Shown here piece after piece: positions 1-18,879 of a stretch of DNA of 64,000 nt. The stretch is from the human T2T-CHM13v2.0 reference genome, Homo sapiens. Within the stretch, counting starts at the first letter, position 1. Each line of letters opens with the position of its first letter. Where the stretch lies: assembly GCF_009914755.1 (NCBI RefSeq), contig NC_060939.1. One strand, written 5' to 3'. Both the position numbers and the translations under genes were made by a program. The notes under the pieces were generated by a model. That model had not been told where the DNA came from, did not search any database, and saw only the letters and a program-made list of their open reading frames with translations.

Positions 1-1038
1 TCCCAGGCTGGGTCTGGACCACCCTGCGGACTCGCTCCTCGCAATACTGGCCACATGCCCTCAAGCCCATCTGTTTCTTAGAGTCGATGTCCCCTAAGGT
101 GTGAGTTCCTGGTGAGCAGGAGAACCTGTGCCTTTTATAACCTGGTGTGCTGCTCGGCGTGCCGAAGGAACCAAGGCGATGTTGAGAAATGAATGGAACA
201 GCTGTACTGTGCAGAGATACGTGCAGAGAGGGGCAGGAGGAAGCCTCCACTTCAGACTTCAGTGTGAAAAAGAGACACTGGAAAAGAACATGAAATGTGG
301 TTGCCCGATGCTCCTTTGTGGTTTGGGATGAAGCCCTGCAGAAAGGTCCGGGCAGCACTGCAGCCCCGCCATGCTGCTTGCCCCACGTGGGTTCTGGAGT
401 CTGGTGGCACCTGGAAGAGCAGGTGGAGTGGAAGCTGCTAGAAGGTGGGAACCTGAGGGTCCTGGGCTGGCAGAGGCCTTGCCCCCGCTTTGCCTAGGGA
501 GGCAGTGAGCTTCCTCCTTCATTTGAACTTTGCCCTGAAGAGCTGGGCCTTCCTTGTTCATGGGGAGCCTGATGCTTCTTCCCAGCACACCACAGCCACA
601 CAGGAGGTGCAGCAGAGCATGCGGAGATCCACCTGGCAACTCACAGCCAGCCGCGGCGTCACTGTCAGGACTCTGTGAAAAACAAGGTTTCTGTTTGGCG
701 CGGGGACGACCAGAGGGAAGGAGACTGGTAGAGCCTAAGTATTCAGCCGACCATTAAAAAGTGAAAGTCAGAAGCAATGTAAGTCAAAACTCAGGACATC
801 TCAGGGTGACCTTGGCCACTCACAGTTGTTCGTGTTTGAAATCACATTGATTCTCGCAGCTGTCCAAGGCGCAGGAAATAACCACTCTGGGTGATGTCGT
901 TGGGATGGTTTTGTCAGCACTCAGGATTTGGGGGTTTGTTATGAAAATTTCACGTTACAAAAAAGGGAGAAGTGCAGTTTTGTGTGTTTAGGGTTATTGG
1001 TGGCTAGACATCTGAAAATCAGGATCCCCGCTCATTGA

Positions 1039-1312
1039 TTTTTTTTTTTTTTTTGAGATGGAGTCTTGCTCTGTTGCCCAGGCTAGAGTGCAGTGGCCAA
1101 TCTTGGTTCACTGCAACCTCGGCCTCCCAAGTTCAAGCGATTCTCCTGCCTCAGCCTCCTGAGTAACTGGGATTACAGGCGCCTGCCCCCCGCCTGGCTA
1201 ATTTTTGTATTTTTAGTAGAGACAGGGTTTTAACATGTTAGCCAGGCTGGTAACTCCTGACCTCAGGTGATCAGCCTACCTCGGCCTCCCAAAGTGCTGG
1301 GATTACAGGCGG
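1039..1312 (-). mobile_element. Alu SINE (AluS-type)
   Basis: Poly-T followed by antisense Alu consensus (gagatggagtcttgctctgttgcccagg...cctcaggtgatc...caaagtgctgggattacaggc); 5' end slightly truncated. Confidence 0.95.
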
Positions 1313-1670
1313 TGCCGCTCCTTACATTTTGTTGCTGTTCCCAGGAAGATTGATGGAGGGAAAACACACTCTCCACAGAGGAGATCCTGTGTTTACAGCC
1401 GTCTTAGATAGAGTCGTGATGAGGAGGAGGACTCTGGGCCGACAGTGTATGAGGGTTCCGCCTCATAAGGCTGTTTGGTGTTTGTGCCCACACTGGGTGT
1501 GACGGGTTGAAGCAGTGGATAACAAGCCTATTACTGTTATGCAAATGTGGGCGGCCCAGTTGCATTCTTCATGCATGTGTCTCTCCCTAATGAGTTTCAA
1601 AATCTTAATTTAGATCTTGATTTTGTTGCAGATAGGATTCCAATTTAAAGAGCGTTTGTCATTCAGAGAC

Positions 1671-2501
<831 letters not shown>

Positions 2502-4754
2502 GAGACTCAGGGACCAAGCCTTTCCATTGCAGCAAGATTGATCAGTTGTTCTCTCCCATCACGGGGCTCTCATTTTGCTCAAGTCCTATGTCATCGTCCC
2601 TCTTTTCCTGGAGAGCAGGAGCTGACTTCAGACGCCAGATCTTCTTTTCCTGCCACAGCGCACTTGCAGCTCTTGGGAGGTGAAGGTTCTGCCTGCTGCT
2701 CTTCTGGAATGATAAACGCTGGGCCCTTAGTGGAAATGTCAGGTGAAATGGAAGGCAGCTCCTTGGGTGCAGTGACAGGACCTGCAGTGGGCCTGTTGGA
2801 GCTGGCACTGAGGGCTGCTCCCCATCCCTCTGTGGGTGTATTGGCTGCATGCTGACTGGCCGTCCTCGTGGGCGTGGCCTGGTGTGTGTGCAGGTGGACA
2901 GAGGCTGGAGTATCCTTGAGAGGCTGTGCGTTCTCTCGGCTTCTTTTGGAGCCAGAGCCATCAGGGAGCCATCACCTGTCCTGGCCTGACCTGTCCTGTC
3001 ATGAGTGCTGTGTTCCTTGAGCTGCCTCTCAGGCTAGGGGATGAGGTGGCTGTGCTCAGGCCTGGCTTCTGCAGGCTTCTTCCTATCTTTGGAGCGGCTC
3101 CACCACTGGAATCTGTGACATGAGAGGCCCGTAGCCCAGGCCCATCATCTAGAATGGAGAGGCAGCCCCACAGCCTCCTGGGAACCAGAGCTCCTTGCCT
3201 GGGTCATCACAGAACTAAGCCTTAAAATCAGGAGGCCTCAGCAAAGCGCCTCTAGAGACTCAAACCACCTTGTAAATCTCACTGGGAGTGAACGATTGAC
3301 TTTTTACTCAGTACCAGGACTACATACTACCTCATTTATGGGTTTTTCCTCTAAATTGCTAATGTTTGAAGTGGAAATTTTCAAAACTGACTAATGTCTC
3401 TGCTTCAAGATTTGCTGTCAGGCAACTTATTTATAAATAAAGCAGCTTTTCAAGGAGCACTAACAAACAATCCCTCGTGTTAGGAGACTCAGAGCCAAGT
3501 CGTGGCTCTAGGTTGGCCTTGCAGGGTGTTAGGGAGCCAGTTCTCCACCCCAGGGCCATGGACTTCTGGGTCCTTGCACCATCCAGAGAGGTGATGATGT
3601 GGTTATTCCCATGTATAGAGTCTACTGTTTTCAGGGGGCATTTGCATCTGTGGTTTCATTAGATGTTCAGAGCATCCCCACAGGGGTTAGTTCATGTAGA
3701 GAAGGAATCAGAGGCTCACAGAGGTTCAGGGTTTGCTGGGTCACCAGCTCCTAAGAGGGGCCCTTTGGGCTGAGGCCACGGCGCTTTCTTTCTTGCAAGA
3801 CAGAAATTTTCCTTTTCCTTTCTTTGCCATAATGGCCACCTCCTTCCACCCCATATCCTTCTTCCCTTTGGCCACTGGTGAGTTCTGATTATTTTTGGAA
3901 AAAAAAAAAAATTAAAACTCTGGGAGCTTGAGACTGAGGTAAAGTCCCCTTTCGTAGAGATTTTTGGACTGACATGTTAGCTCTCTGCCCTGTGTAACTT
4001 CAGAGTTTGGTAGGTGATGGGGACACGCCTGTTGGAGAGTCCTGGTGTGTCCAGTTTTGTCCCCGCAGCTTCACTGGCTGTCAGAGCCACAGCCTTTGCT
4101 TACGGCTACGCCCTGGAATATTTAACAGCAATTTCTTTTCGCTTTCTTCTGTCGTGTTCTGTCTGTGTCAGTGTTTTGTGGTCTTACTGTACCTGTTGTT
4201 TTATTATAGGCAGATACTGTAAACGCTGATACAGTCTGTGCCCTGCGGTTGTGGTTTTTAGGGCCTTGCGGCGGCATCTTTGCTAGTGCTCACTGCAAAT
4301 AGGGGCAGGAAGCAGTTGTTTGGGAATGAGCCACATGGTGGAATATCTTGAATGTCCCAGGCCAGGCACAGAGCAGCTGCTCAGTAAATGTTGCTGAGTG
4401 AGAGGCTGGGGGGTTGGTGAGGATAGGCAGGGGTGGGCGTCCAAGGCTGCAGAGTTGTAAAGCGGGGGGTGGGGCAGCCAGCAAGTCCAGCTCGAGGAAA
4501 CACCACGGGGTTCAGGGGCTCTGTGTAAGAAATGGCAGAGGTTTGGCTTCGCTTTTAGTTGTTTTGTTTCTTGTTCAAGTGAGGAGAACACACCGAGAAG
4601 GGAGGAGAGCAAGGCTGGCTGAGCGTCATGGCAGGGTGGTAAAGGAATCAATCACCCGGACAGGTTGTCCGTTCATGTGCCGTTGTTTGCATTGCTGTGA
4701 TACAGACTGCTGTGCCACTGAAACCTTCCGAAAAGCAAGCCACCCAGAGAGTGA

Positions 4755-5325
<571 letters not shown>

Positions 5326-5863
5326 TAAAGTTATAAAAAAGTTGCAAAGACTGCAGAGAATTCCCATGCTTGCTTCCTCCAGTCTTCTCTCTCGTTAACA
5401 TCTTACATCACACGGTGCATTTGGCATAACTGAGGAACCAACGTGGGTCCATTGCTATGAACTAAACTCTGCAGTTTATTCCAATTTCCTTAGTTTTTGC
5501 TTAATGTTTTTTTTCTGTCCCAGGAGCCTGTCCAGGCCACTACGTTACCTATAGTCCTTGCGTCTCCTTAGCCTCCTCTGGTCTGTGACAGTTTTTCAGC
5601 TTTCCTTGTTTTTAATGACCTTGATAGTTTTCAAGAGTACAGGTCTTTGTGAATATCCTTCGATTTGGGTTTATCTGCTGTTCTTCTCATGGTTAGACTG
5701 GAGTTATGGGTTTGGGGGAGGAAAACCACAGAAGCGAAGCACCATTTTCAACATACATCAATGTTGCATGATATCAATATGACTCATAACTATCGATGTT
5801 GACCCCGATCAGCTGGCTGAGGTAGCATGTGCCAGTTGCTCACTGTAAGATTACCCCACCTTC

Positions 5864-6316
<453 letters not shown>

Positions 6317-6518
6317 TTATCTATTCTCCCCCATTTATTTATTCAAACATTTACATCAATATGGATTTGTGGATATATAATTTATACCTTGCTTTATAAT
6401 CCAGTGCTGTGTTATTTATTTTATTGCTCAAACTGTCCCAGCTTTGACTATATGAAGCTCTTTCAGGTGGCATCCCATGTCCCTTAGAGAGATCCCTACC
6501 TTTTTGTTTTTTTGAGTA

Positions 6519-6857
6519 CAGTCAGTTGGCCATATCCGTGAGTTCTGCATCTGTGGATTCAACCAACCTTAGATGGGAAATATCTGGGAGAAAAATAGAT
6601 GGTTGCATCTCTACTGAACAGACTTTTTGTCTTGTCATCATTCCTTAAACAATACAGTATAACAACGATTTATATAGCATTTACATTGTACTAGGTATTA
6701 TAAATAATCTAGAAAGGATTTAAAATATATTGAAGAATGTGCATAGGTTATATGCAGATTCTACACCATTTTATAGAAGGGACTTGAGCATTGAGGATTA
6801 TGGTATCTACAGGGGGGCCTAGATAACCAATCCCTTACAGATACCCAAAGAAAACTG
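6519..6857 (-). mobile_element. MER2 (TcMar-Tigger non-autonomous DNA transposon)
   Basis: cagtc...actg termini flanked by TA; internal gtggattcaaccaacc, tagcatttacattgtactaggtattata and gcataggttatatgca match MER2. Confidence 0.85.
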
Positions 6858-7096
6858 TACCTCTTTCTGGCACAAGATACTCAGGCTCATCTTGAATTTT
6901 TCCTACCCAGTCCTGGACTCAGCTATTTCTGCAAGGATCCCTGCCTTATTTTATTGAAGAATGGTATCTAGAAACCAAGGTCTGGAGACAGGGTTCTTCT
7001 TGTCACCGAGGTACATTGCTTCCAGGCCCTCTCAGCAGACAGAGCTAGGAAATATGCATGTATGCTAATCTGTGTATACATATGTATCTCCCATAG

Positions 7097-7397
<301 letters not shown>

Positions 7398-7577
7398 TTT
7401 TTTTTTTTTTTTTTTTTTTTTTAAGACAGAGTCTCCCTCTGTTGCTCAAGCTGGAGTGAATGGCACAATCTTGTCTCACTGTAATCTCCACCTCATGGGT
7501 TCAAGGGATTCTCTTGCCTCAGCCTCCTGAGTAGCTGGGATTATAGGCATGCACCACCACGCCTGGCTAATTTTTGT
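7398..7577 (-). mobile_element. 5'-truncated Alu (right arm)
   Basis: Poly-T then antisense right monomer ending at the ctaatttttgt linker. Confidence 0.9.
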
Positions 7578-7797
7578 GTCCCATAGCTTTTTTTTGAATG
7601 CACGACCCCATCTGGCGGCGAAGCCCTGGACCTAGCCTTCTGATCACTCATGGGAACCATGACCACGTGTCACATAGTAGAAAGGAAAACTTGGACAACT
7701 TACTGTGTAGACAGGAGCAGCAACAACAAAAAAGACTTGGAAGGCTTAAAGAATATTTTCCAAGTATACACAAATACAGAGAATAATAAGAGGAATG

Positions 7798-8231
<434 letters not shown>

Positions 8232-8319
8232 TTATGATATTTTCAAACTTTGTAGAAATGATACCTTACTGTGTTCCTACAACTTGAATTTTCATTAACT
8301 GAGACATTTTACATGTATT

Positions 8320-8475
8320 TATCTTCTTAGCAATCCTGAGAAAAGCAAGAGTCACTATCTCCATTGTATAGATAGAGAAACTGATAATGTAGAGCAATGA
8401 TGTGATTTTTGCTAATTTCAAGCAGCTAATGGAGATCGACTCACATTTGTACCTTCAGAGCCCTAGTCCATGCTC
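8320..8475 (-). mobile_element. MIR SINE remnant
   Basis: ctatctccattgtatagatagagaaactga resembles the MIR core (cccattttacagatgaggaaactga). Confidence 0.55.
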
Positions 8476-8779
8476 TTTGTATGACATAAATGTCAAGATT
8501 CATCAGGAAAAGGAAGAACAGGCGGGTCTTGTTGGTTACTCTGTGACCCTGTTGCTTCCCTGGGACCTGGAAGTCCTGGTGTCTCCCTTAGCCTGGAATC
8601 CCAGTCTCCATCTGGGTTTTGCAGGCTCCAGGAGTTTTGATGAAATGAGGACCCATATGGCTGGTTGAGACTCCCACCCCCTCATCACTCCCTACCAGCG
8701 TTTGTGCAGAATCCTCCTCTCCTCCCGAGTTGGAAATAATGTATAGTTGGCTCAAAAGTCAGCCCCTCCTTATTTTAGC

Positions 8780-10180
8780 ACCAGATGCTGCCTCTCAGCT
8801 TCACGCTGCCCTCCAGCAGCATTGCCTGTGGTCCATGGGATCTTGGCCTTCACACTCAGCATTGAAACAGCTGCCTTCCGCTCCCATCATAGGAAAGAGA
8901 ACAGAAGTCTCTTGCTCCCACTCCCCCCGCCCCACCCCCTGCTGCTGGCCTATTTCTGTGCTTTGTTTTGCTGTAGAACTTCTGGAAAGAGTTGTCTGCA
9001 GTGGCTTTCTCCATTTCCTCCCTTCCCGTTCTCTCTTATACCCGCTCCAGTCGGACTTTTGCCCCTTCCACAGACACCTCTCCTGACACTTTTGACCCCA
9101 TCACTTAGAGATCAAGATCTGTAAGACTCCAAGTCTCCAGATCCAGTGGTCAGCTCTCGGTCCCTTCCCATGTGACTGACCAGCAGTGTTTGCCACAGTC
9201 GTCCCCTCTAGGAAACACCTTCTTCCCTTGGCTTGTGGGGCACTCTGTGCTTGGGATTTTCTTCCTGCTTCACTGGACTTTGCTCAGTCCCCTTACTGAC
9301 CCGTGAGTGTCAGAGTGTCCCTGCGGTCAGTCCATGCCCCTCTTCTCCGCTCGGTCCACACTCCCACCATGGTTGACCTCATTCCGACTTGTGGCACAAG
9401 GAGCTCACATTTATCTTTTAGCTCTGATTTCTCTTCTGACCTCCAGACTGTACACCCTGTTGCTCACCCAGCGCTTTCCCTTAGAGTTCTAATTGACGTC
9501 CCCACACAACAGGCACCAAGCTGTCCCTGGCCATCTCAACCCCAATCTCCACATCTCAGTAAATGGCAGCTCCATGCTTCCGGACACCTAGACCATAGAC
9601 TTGGAGCCAACCTTGACTCCTGTCTCTCTTAAACCCCACATGGAATCTGTTCCGTAAGCTGCCCATGGTCACACCGGCACCGCTGCCGTGCGATGAGAGC
9701 CTGTCATCTCCTTGCTAGATTGCTGTGCCAGTTTCCTGATGGTTCCTGTTTCCACACTGACTGCATACCTTCCCACCCAAGTCTGTGTCTGCTCAGCAGC
9801 TGGTTTATTGCATACAAACTTAAATGAGAATGCTCCTCCGACCAGAGCTCTCCGTTCCCTGGCCATCCCATTAAGAGTAAATGCTGGAAGCCCCTCCTCA
9901 ACTGACTTTATTTCTTAAAACTCTATCCTGCAAAATCCTGCCTGGCTAATAACTTTATCACCTTCTTCGTGTTGGTTCCAACGTTCCCTTCTGCAGGTGG
10001 CTTCTGCGGACTTTGGTACTGGCCCACATCCCTGAGCTGGTAACCCCCCACCATGCACAGGCACCCCCACATTAATTCTGTAGCTTATTTGTTTATTGTT
10101 GTCTGTGCCACTCCAGACAGGAAGCCTGTGGGGGTTGGGGGCTTGGTCTGCCTTCTTCAGCCCTGGGCTCACAGTCCTGA
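8780..10180 (+). mobile_element. L2 LINE remnant
   Basis: Pyrimidine-rich L2 3' motifs (cttctggaaagagttgtct, catctcagtaaatggcagctcc, ccttgactcctgtctctct). Confidence 0.7.
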
Positions 10181-10859
10181 CATCTTCTTGAAGACGGCGC
10201 TCACGGTCAGGCTGCAGCAAATTCACAGTTGACATCTAGGAGTGAGGGCCTCCTGCCATGCTGCACTCTGGCCTCTCACCTGCCTCCTGCTAGTCCTGGG
10301 CACACCTGGAGGACAATCAGGGAATTTCTTTCCCCATCTGCTTTGGCATCCTCCAAACCTGGGAACCTTTCTAACACCTGACTGCTTGGTGACCATGTGT
10401 GTGCTCTGTGGATTTCTGTCCAGGAGGGTCCCTCACTCTGGCCCTCAGGGCCATGTGCATGTGGACACCGACTGGTAGGGTTGGTTTCCTATGCAGAGAG
10501 CAGGGCCAGAGGCATAGCCGGCCCACCCCCAGCCCCATTGCTCACGGTTCACCCAGTCCCCTGGCCTTTCCGACGCTGTGCGCATCTGTATTTGTTGCAG
10601 TGAACAGAGCCTAGAATTATAGGACTTTGTCAGACAGTTTGATTTTCAACCCCGTAAAAAATACATTTTACTTAACCACCTAGGATACCTCTACATTATA
10701 GACCTCAAGCAGAAGTTTCAGGAGACAGTTTCTTACTCTCATTAGAGGTGATGCGTTTTGTGTGGTCTTCGGTTTCATTGCCCCATAAACTCACTTGGCG
10801 ATCTGCCTGTGGGTCCCCAGCAGTCTGTAAGCCACAGCTTTCTCAACCGTACTTCCTGT

Positions 10860-10965
10860 TCTGGAGGAGAAACCTGAGCTGCAAAGAGCTAAGGGTCTTG
10901 CTAAGGTCATACCAGTGAATTCACCAAACAGCCAGTACTGGAACCCTGTCCTCTGATTCCCATCC
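10860..10965 (-). mobile_element. MIR fragment
   Basis: gagaaacctgagctgcaaagagctaagggtcttgctaaggtcatac. Confidence 0.5.
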
Positions 10966-11444
10966 TGTGGCTTTTTTAGGCTTGTGTAATCAATTTTAAT
11001 GATTGTACCATTGTAGCTTATTTAAATTACCCCAGGAGGAACATCAGCTCTGTTCAAGAAATGTTATTGTAGTTGCTCACCTGCTTTGTTCAGGGAAATG
11101 CATCTTTTGTGGGATTTCTTCTGAGTAATTAAGAGGGTCTAAGAAGCCAGTTTTATAGTCATTTATTTAACTGTAGAGAACAATGAAGTTAAACACAAAA
11201 GCTGGTTCCATCTGCAGGAACATATGAGTGATTTGCATTAGAAAGGGTGTTCATCAAAGCTCCTCCCAGGTGCCTAGGGAGGCATGGGGGGCCTTGGTGG
11301 GTTCCCTGAGGGTCGGGCCAAGGCCTTGGGCCAGGGAGCACAGTTCCATTGCACTGGGTGTGTTGGGGCAGAACCTTGTGCTTGGAGGTAGGTGTTGCTT
11401 CTGGCCCTCGGTTGCTTGCTCCTGCAGGCAGGGCCGTGGACCCG

Positions 11445-11595
11445 TAGCTCAGCAACCATGGAGGAGCTGTGAGAAATGCACAGTCTCAGGCCCCACCCTG
11501 GCTCTGCTGACTTGGAACCTGCATGTTAACGAGACTGGGGGTTTGTATGCACATCACATCCGGTCCAGCTCTGGCCTGAGGACTCCGGTCTGTGG
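11445..11595. mobile_element. MER5-type hAT-Charlie fragment
   Basis: gagaaatgcacagtctcaggccccacc...gacttggaacctgcatgttaac. Confidence 0.55.
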
Positions 11596-12049
11596 TTTCT
11601 AGTTTTTATCATCCAGCTGGTCATCCTCAGCAGTAGAGAATGTGGTTGGTTACCATGTGCAGGGCAGCCTGCTATGTGCTGTGGTAACAGAAGGGTGGGG
11701 CAGAGCCCTCCTAGCCCTCCCAGCCCTCTGGGGCTTGCTGTCTCTAGGGCAGGCAGGGGCTGGCATATGCAGTTGTACACCATGGTGTTTTACAAAGCAC
11801 GAGTGCCATGGACCCCATGGGTGGGCTGGATTGAGATGCAAGGAGGGAAAACAGATGGGGTGGGGTCCCAAGCAGGAGGAACTGCATGAGGAAAGGCGTG
11901 GAGGCTGGACAGATGCAGAGGCAGTCAGGGAATAGCCAGTGTCAGAATGGAGCAGGCGACAGCCGGGTTTTGGAGGCTTTCAGTCCCACGTTTAGATATT
12001 TGGACTTTATCCAGTGGGTCATGGAAGCTACTATAAACTTTTTAAAATT

Positions 12050-13190
<1,141 letters not shown>

Positions 13191-13564
13191 AGCACTGTGG
13201 CCTGGTGAGCAGGGGCTCTGTGGTGGGGAGGCGCGTGCCGAGGGCTGTAGGAGAGGGCGACGGGTGGTGCTGTGCATCAGGTTCGGGGTGATGGGAACGC
13301 TGTCTCTTGCACCTGCACATCAGGCCTCCCCCATGCTACTTTGGTGGCTTCTGTGGGAGCACAATATGTCCAGGGTGCCATCCCCAAGGCAGAAGGGAGC
13401 ACCATCTGGTTTGATGTGTGGCCTGTACTTCACCAAGCCCACCACATTTGGCCTATGACTGTGTCCTGCTGCGACTGGGTTGAAGTCAGAGGAGCCGAGA
13501 CAGGCGGGGGAGCATTTGGAGGACGTGTCCCTTGCTGTGGTGTCTTTGCAGAAGTGGCCAGCAC

Positions 13565-13916
13565 TTGCACTGCCCAGTAGTATTTTCGATGCTCCTGGGA
13601 ACATGAGAGGATTGCACTCTCTGCTTTCTCAAAGTTAGATAAGACCATGTGCCTTGCTTCAGCCAATGACATGTAAGCAGAAGTGACTTGTGGGTAGAAG
13701 CTGGAAGGGACTTTCTATGCTGTCCTTTCTCCAGTCACATCGGTCCTAGAAGCACATGCCTAGGAGGAGGGGCCATAATAGCAACGTGGCTGTTATTTGC
13801 TTTGGACTCACAGTGGACTTTGAGTGAGCAAGACAGAAACCATTACTGGGCCCAGGCCCTGTGGCGTGGGAGCTGTTTGTTGTCACAGCACAGCCTAGCC
13901 TGTCCTCACTGATCCA
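13565..13916 (+). mobile_element. Old MaLR LTR (MLT1I/J-like)
   Basis: ccatgtgccttgcttcagccaatgacatgtaagcagaagtgac ... tgtttgttgtcacagcacagcctagcctgtcctcactgatcca. Confidence 0.6.
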
Positions 13917-14486
13917 GGAGGAACCTGAAAAGTATTTTAAGTGCACAGATAGGTGAAGATGAAAGTGTAGCGTTTTGGGATAATTCTGCATGCTTCTTAG
14001 TATCTCCAGCAGTTTCGAGATTTGGCGAAGGGGCTGAACTTTTCTGTAGGTAAATCTCTTGCTGAAGAGTTCATTATCAGCTGGTAATGGCTTCATTTTG
14101 TCAGCGGCACAGAGCTCTGGCTTGTGCGTGTCTGAGGCCTGTCCCCACTGGGGCAGGGAGGTAATGAGAACTCATGAACCCTGCATCTCTGCCTGGCTTT
14201 AACAGCCTCTGTGTTTTCCAGTGCTTATCAAATCCAGAGCTGTTTACATTTCAGGAGACAACTTCAGACTCTGTGGACCTCATTATACTTCCAAAGCAGG
14301 AGGGTCGTTGTTTTTAAGCATTATTCCCAACTTTTTTTTTTTTGACTGCAGAAATGCCTTTTTAATATCAGAAAATTTCCAAGTTTTCCTTACTTGGCTA
14401 TAGTCTTGTTTTTAGTACTGCTTTGGTGGTTCAGTAACTATTCATTAAACAAATCTCTTCATTTTAAGTTTATTTCTTCTATAGGG

Positions 14487-15190
<704 letters not shown>

Positions 15191-15376
15191 GTGCCTGTGT
15201 GCTATTGTTCAGTGTCAGCAGTTCCAGTTTTTAAGCAATCTTCATGGACTGCTCCCGAAGTTCAGGGAGCATGGGGCCTATAGCAGAGAACTAGGCAGCA
15301 CCTGCCCTTGTGAAACTGACACTCTACGGAAACTGGAAAAATTCATGAGGACAAGCTTCAGTTAACAACACTTTGA

Positions 15377-15684
<308 letters not shown>

Positions 15685-15694
15685 GACACTTTGA

Positions 15695-16104
<410 letters not shown>

Positions 16105-16177
16105 TCACACCCTCCTAGGTTCCCCTTTAGGAACTGAGGCTTCAGGTATGGGAAGGGTTTGTGGAATAAATGGATGA

Positions 16178-16574
<397 letters not shown>

Positions 16575-16719
16575 GACACCCATCATTCTTACACAGTGAA
16601 GACCCAGGGAGATGATGAGTCACACCGGGAAGTGATTCATTTGCTTACTGTTAAGTTCATCCAGGATTCCTTTAAATACCAAATCCCCATATACGCTTAA
16701 AAATACCTAGTTCACTCAG

Positions 16720-17008
16720 AAACAGTGTGCTGACTGACGGAAGCCAGACATGAAAGACTATGTGGTGCAATTCCATGTATAGGACGTTTCTAGAAAGGGC
16801 CTAATGACAGAGATGGAAAGCAGATGAGGGCCTGCTTGGGTCTGGGGCGTCAGTGGGGATTGGCTGCAGGCAGCCATGAGGAGCCTTCAGGGTGATGAGG
16901 GTTCTAAAAGTGCGTCGTGTGCCTGAGCCACTGCGACATTCACTAGAAGTCCTCCGTGCTGACGGAGGGTGAACTGTGTGGGGCCCAAGTTCTATCTCAG
17001 GAAAGCCA
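16720..17008 (+). mobile_element. Old L1 3' end fragment (L1MB/ME-like)
   Basis: aagccagacatgaaagactatgtggtgcaattccatgtatag..ctagaaagggc..agatggaaagcagat..aagttctatctcaggaaagc. Confidence 0.55.
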
Positions 17009-17234
17009 GGGAAGCCACTCAGTTCAGCTTTGTGAAAATCAAGGGAGTCTTCTTGGAGGAAGTGGACTCTGAGCTGGATGTGAATGACGGAGTGTCTTTG
17101 GTAAGGAGAGACAGCTGCAGGGGACTCCTGGTGGAGGAACAGGATCCCGGGGGAGCGGCCGGGCGGGTGACTGAGGCGCCAATGGAAGGAGAAGCCTGTC
17201 ACAGGTGAGGGCATTGAAGGGAACTGCAGGGACA

Positions 17235-17385
17235 CCCAGCGCTTCTCAACTCTGACTGCAGATTTCCAGCTGCCATTTCTAAAGGACAGGTGCCTGGGCT
17301 CCACTCCTGGAGGTTTGGATTTAATCAGTCTCGGGTATAGATCCCGGACGTTAGTATTTTTAAGCATATTTTTAAATGAAGTGAT
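17235..17385. mobile_element. MER5B-like hAT-Charlie fragment
   Basis: cagcgcttctcaactctgactgca..gtgcctgggctccactcc..gatttaatcagtct..gtatttttaagc. Confidence 0.55.
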
Positions 17386-17805
17386 ACTCTAATTCTATCA
17401 TTTTCTTTTTACTTCTCAGCTTGTTGCTTCTCTAAAGAGATACCTCCCTTTATCCATTTTGTGGTCACCCAGTGGGACAGTTGAGAGAGAAAAGGCCGGG
17501 TGGCATGTGATTCTTCTACTTCATTTACCAGTTTTGAAGATGATGAATTTGTTTCCCATGACCTTCCAAAGGTGGTTTTTTAAAATTTATTTTAATCTAT
17601 CGTCGTGAACTCCTGGGGCGTGAACGTGTGTCATAGGTTTCAAACCACTGCAATCATTATCCTCATTGAGGTTCATTGTGGCTGGTGGTAGTGTCTTCAT
17701 ATTGGCCTCTGAGACCTTCTGACCTGATTCTAGTTATCTTTGATAATTTCCTTGTCTTTAAAAAATTATAATTGTATATATTTTTTAATAATAAAGATGG
17801 GTTTC

Positions 17806-18227
<422 letters not shown>

Positions 18228-18879
18228 TAACTTCCTTGCCTTTTAAGAGTAAAGCAGTTTTATTTCCCATTGCTCTTCCACTAGCTTTAAGTATGTGTTA
18301 ATTTATTATTTTAGGTTGTCCTAGAGGTTATGATCTGCAGACTCATTAGATGCTAGTGATGCTGGTCTTCTTTAAATTGGTACTTTAACCGCTTCCTGGA
18401 CAAGGCAGGGACTTTGCATACAGATATATCAGTATGGTGTGGAAGACAGCTACACTCACCATTATACCACCTGCACAGATATCAGTATGTTTTGAAAGTT
18501 GCCTGGAGACCTTGGTGGCAATCCAGGGCTGAAAACTCTGGGTGGGGCACTAGGTGGGTGGCAGGTGCACTGGGGACTGAATGGGATGCTGTGGCAGAGA
18601 GGACCAGACCTAAAGCCTTTAGTGAAGAAGGCCTGGTGTGAATTTTTTAGCTGGTTATCAGGTTCATATTTTAAAGAATATTTTTCTAATTACGTTTGTT
18701 TGTTTGGTCTGGCCTGATGTGGGACGTGGTATTTTCAGTGTATAGGTCTTCCTAGAGTTGGGAAGGAGGGATGCCCTTCTGTTGGAGATGTTTCTGTTAA
18801 CTCAGGTGCTTTAGGAATGGAAAGGAAAGTCATGCAGCTCAGGCCCGGCAGGGGCATTGTTGAAGATCCTCAGCCAGTG

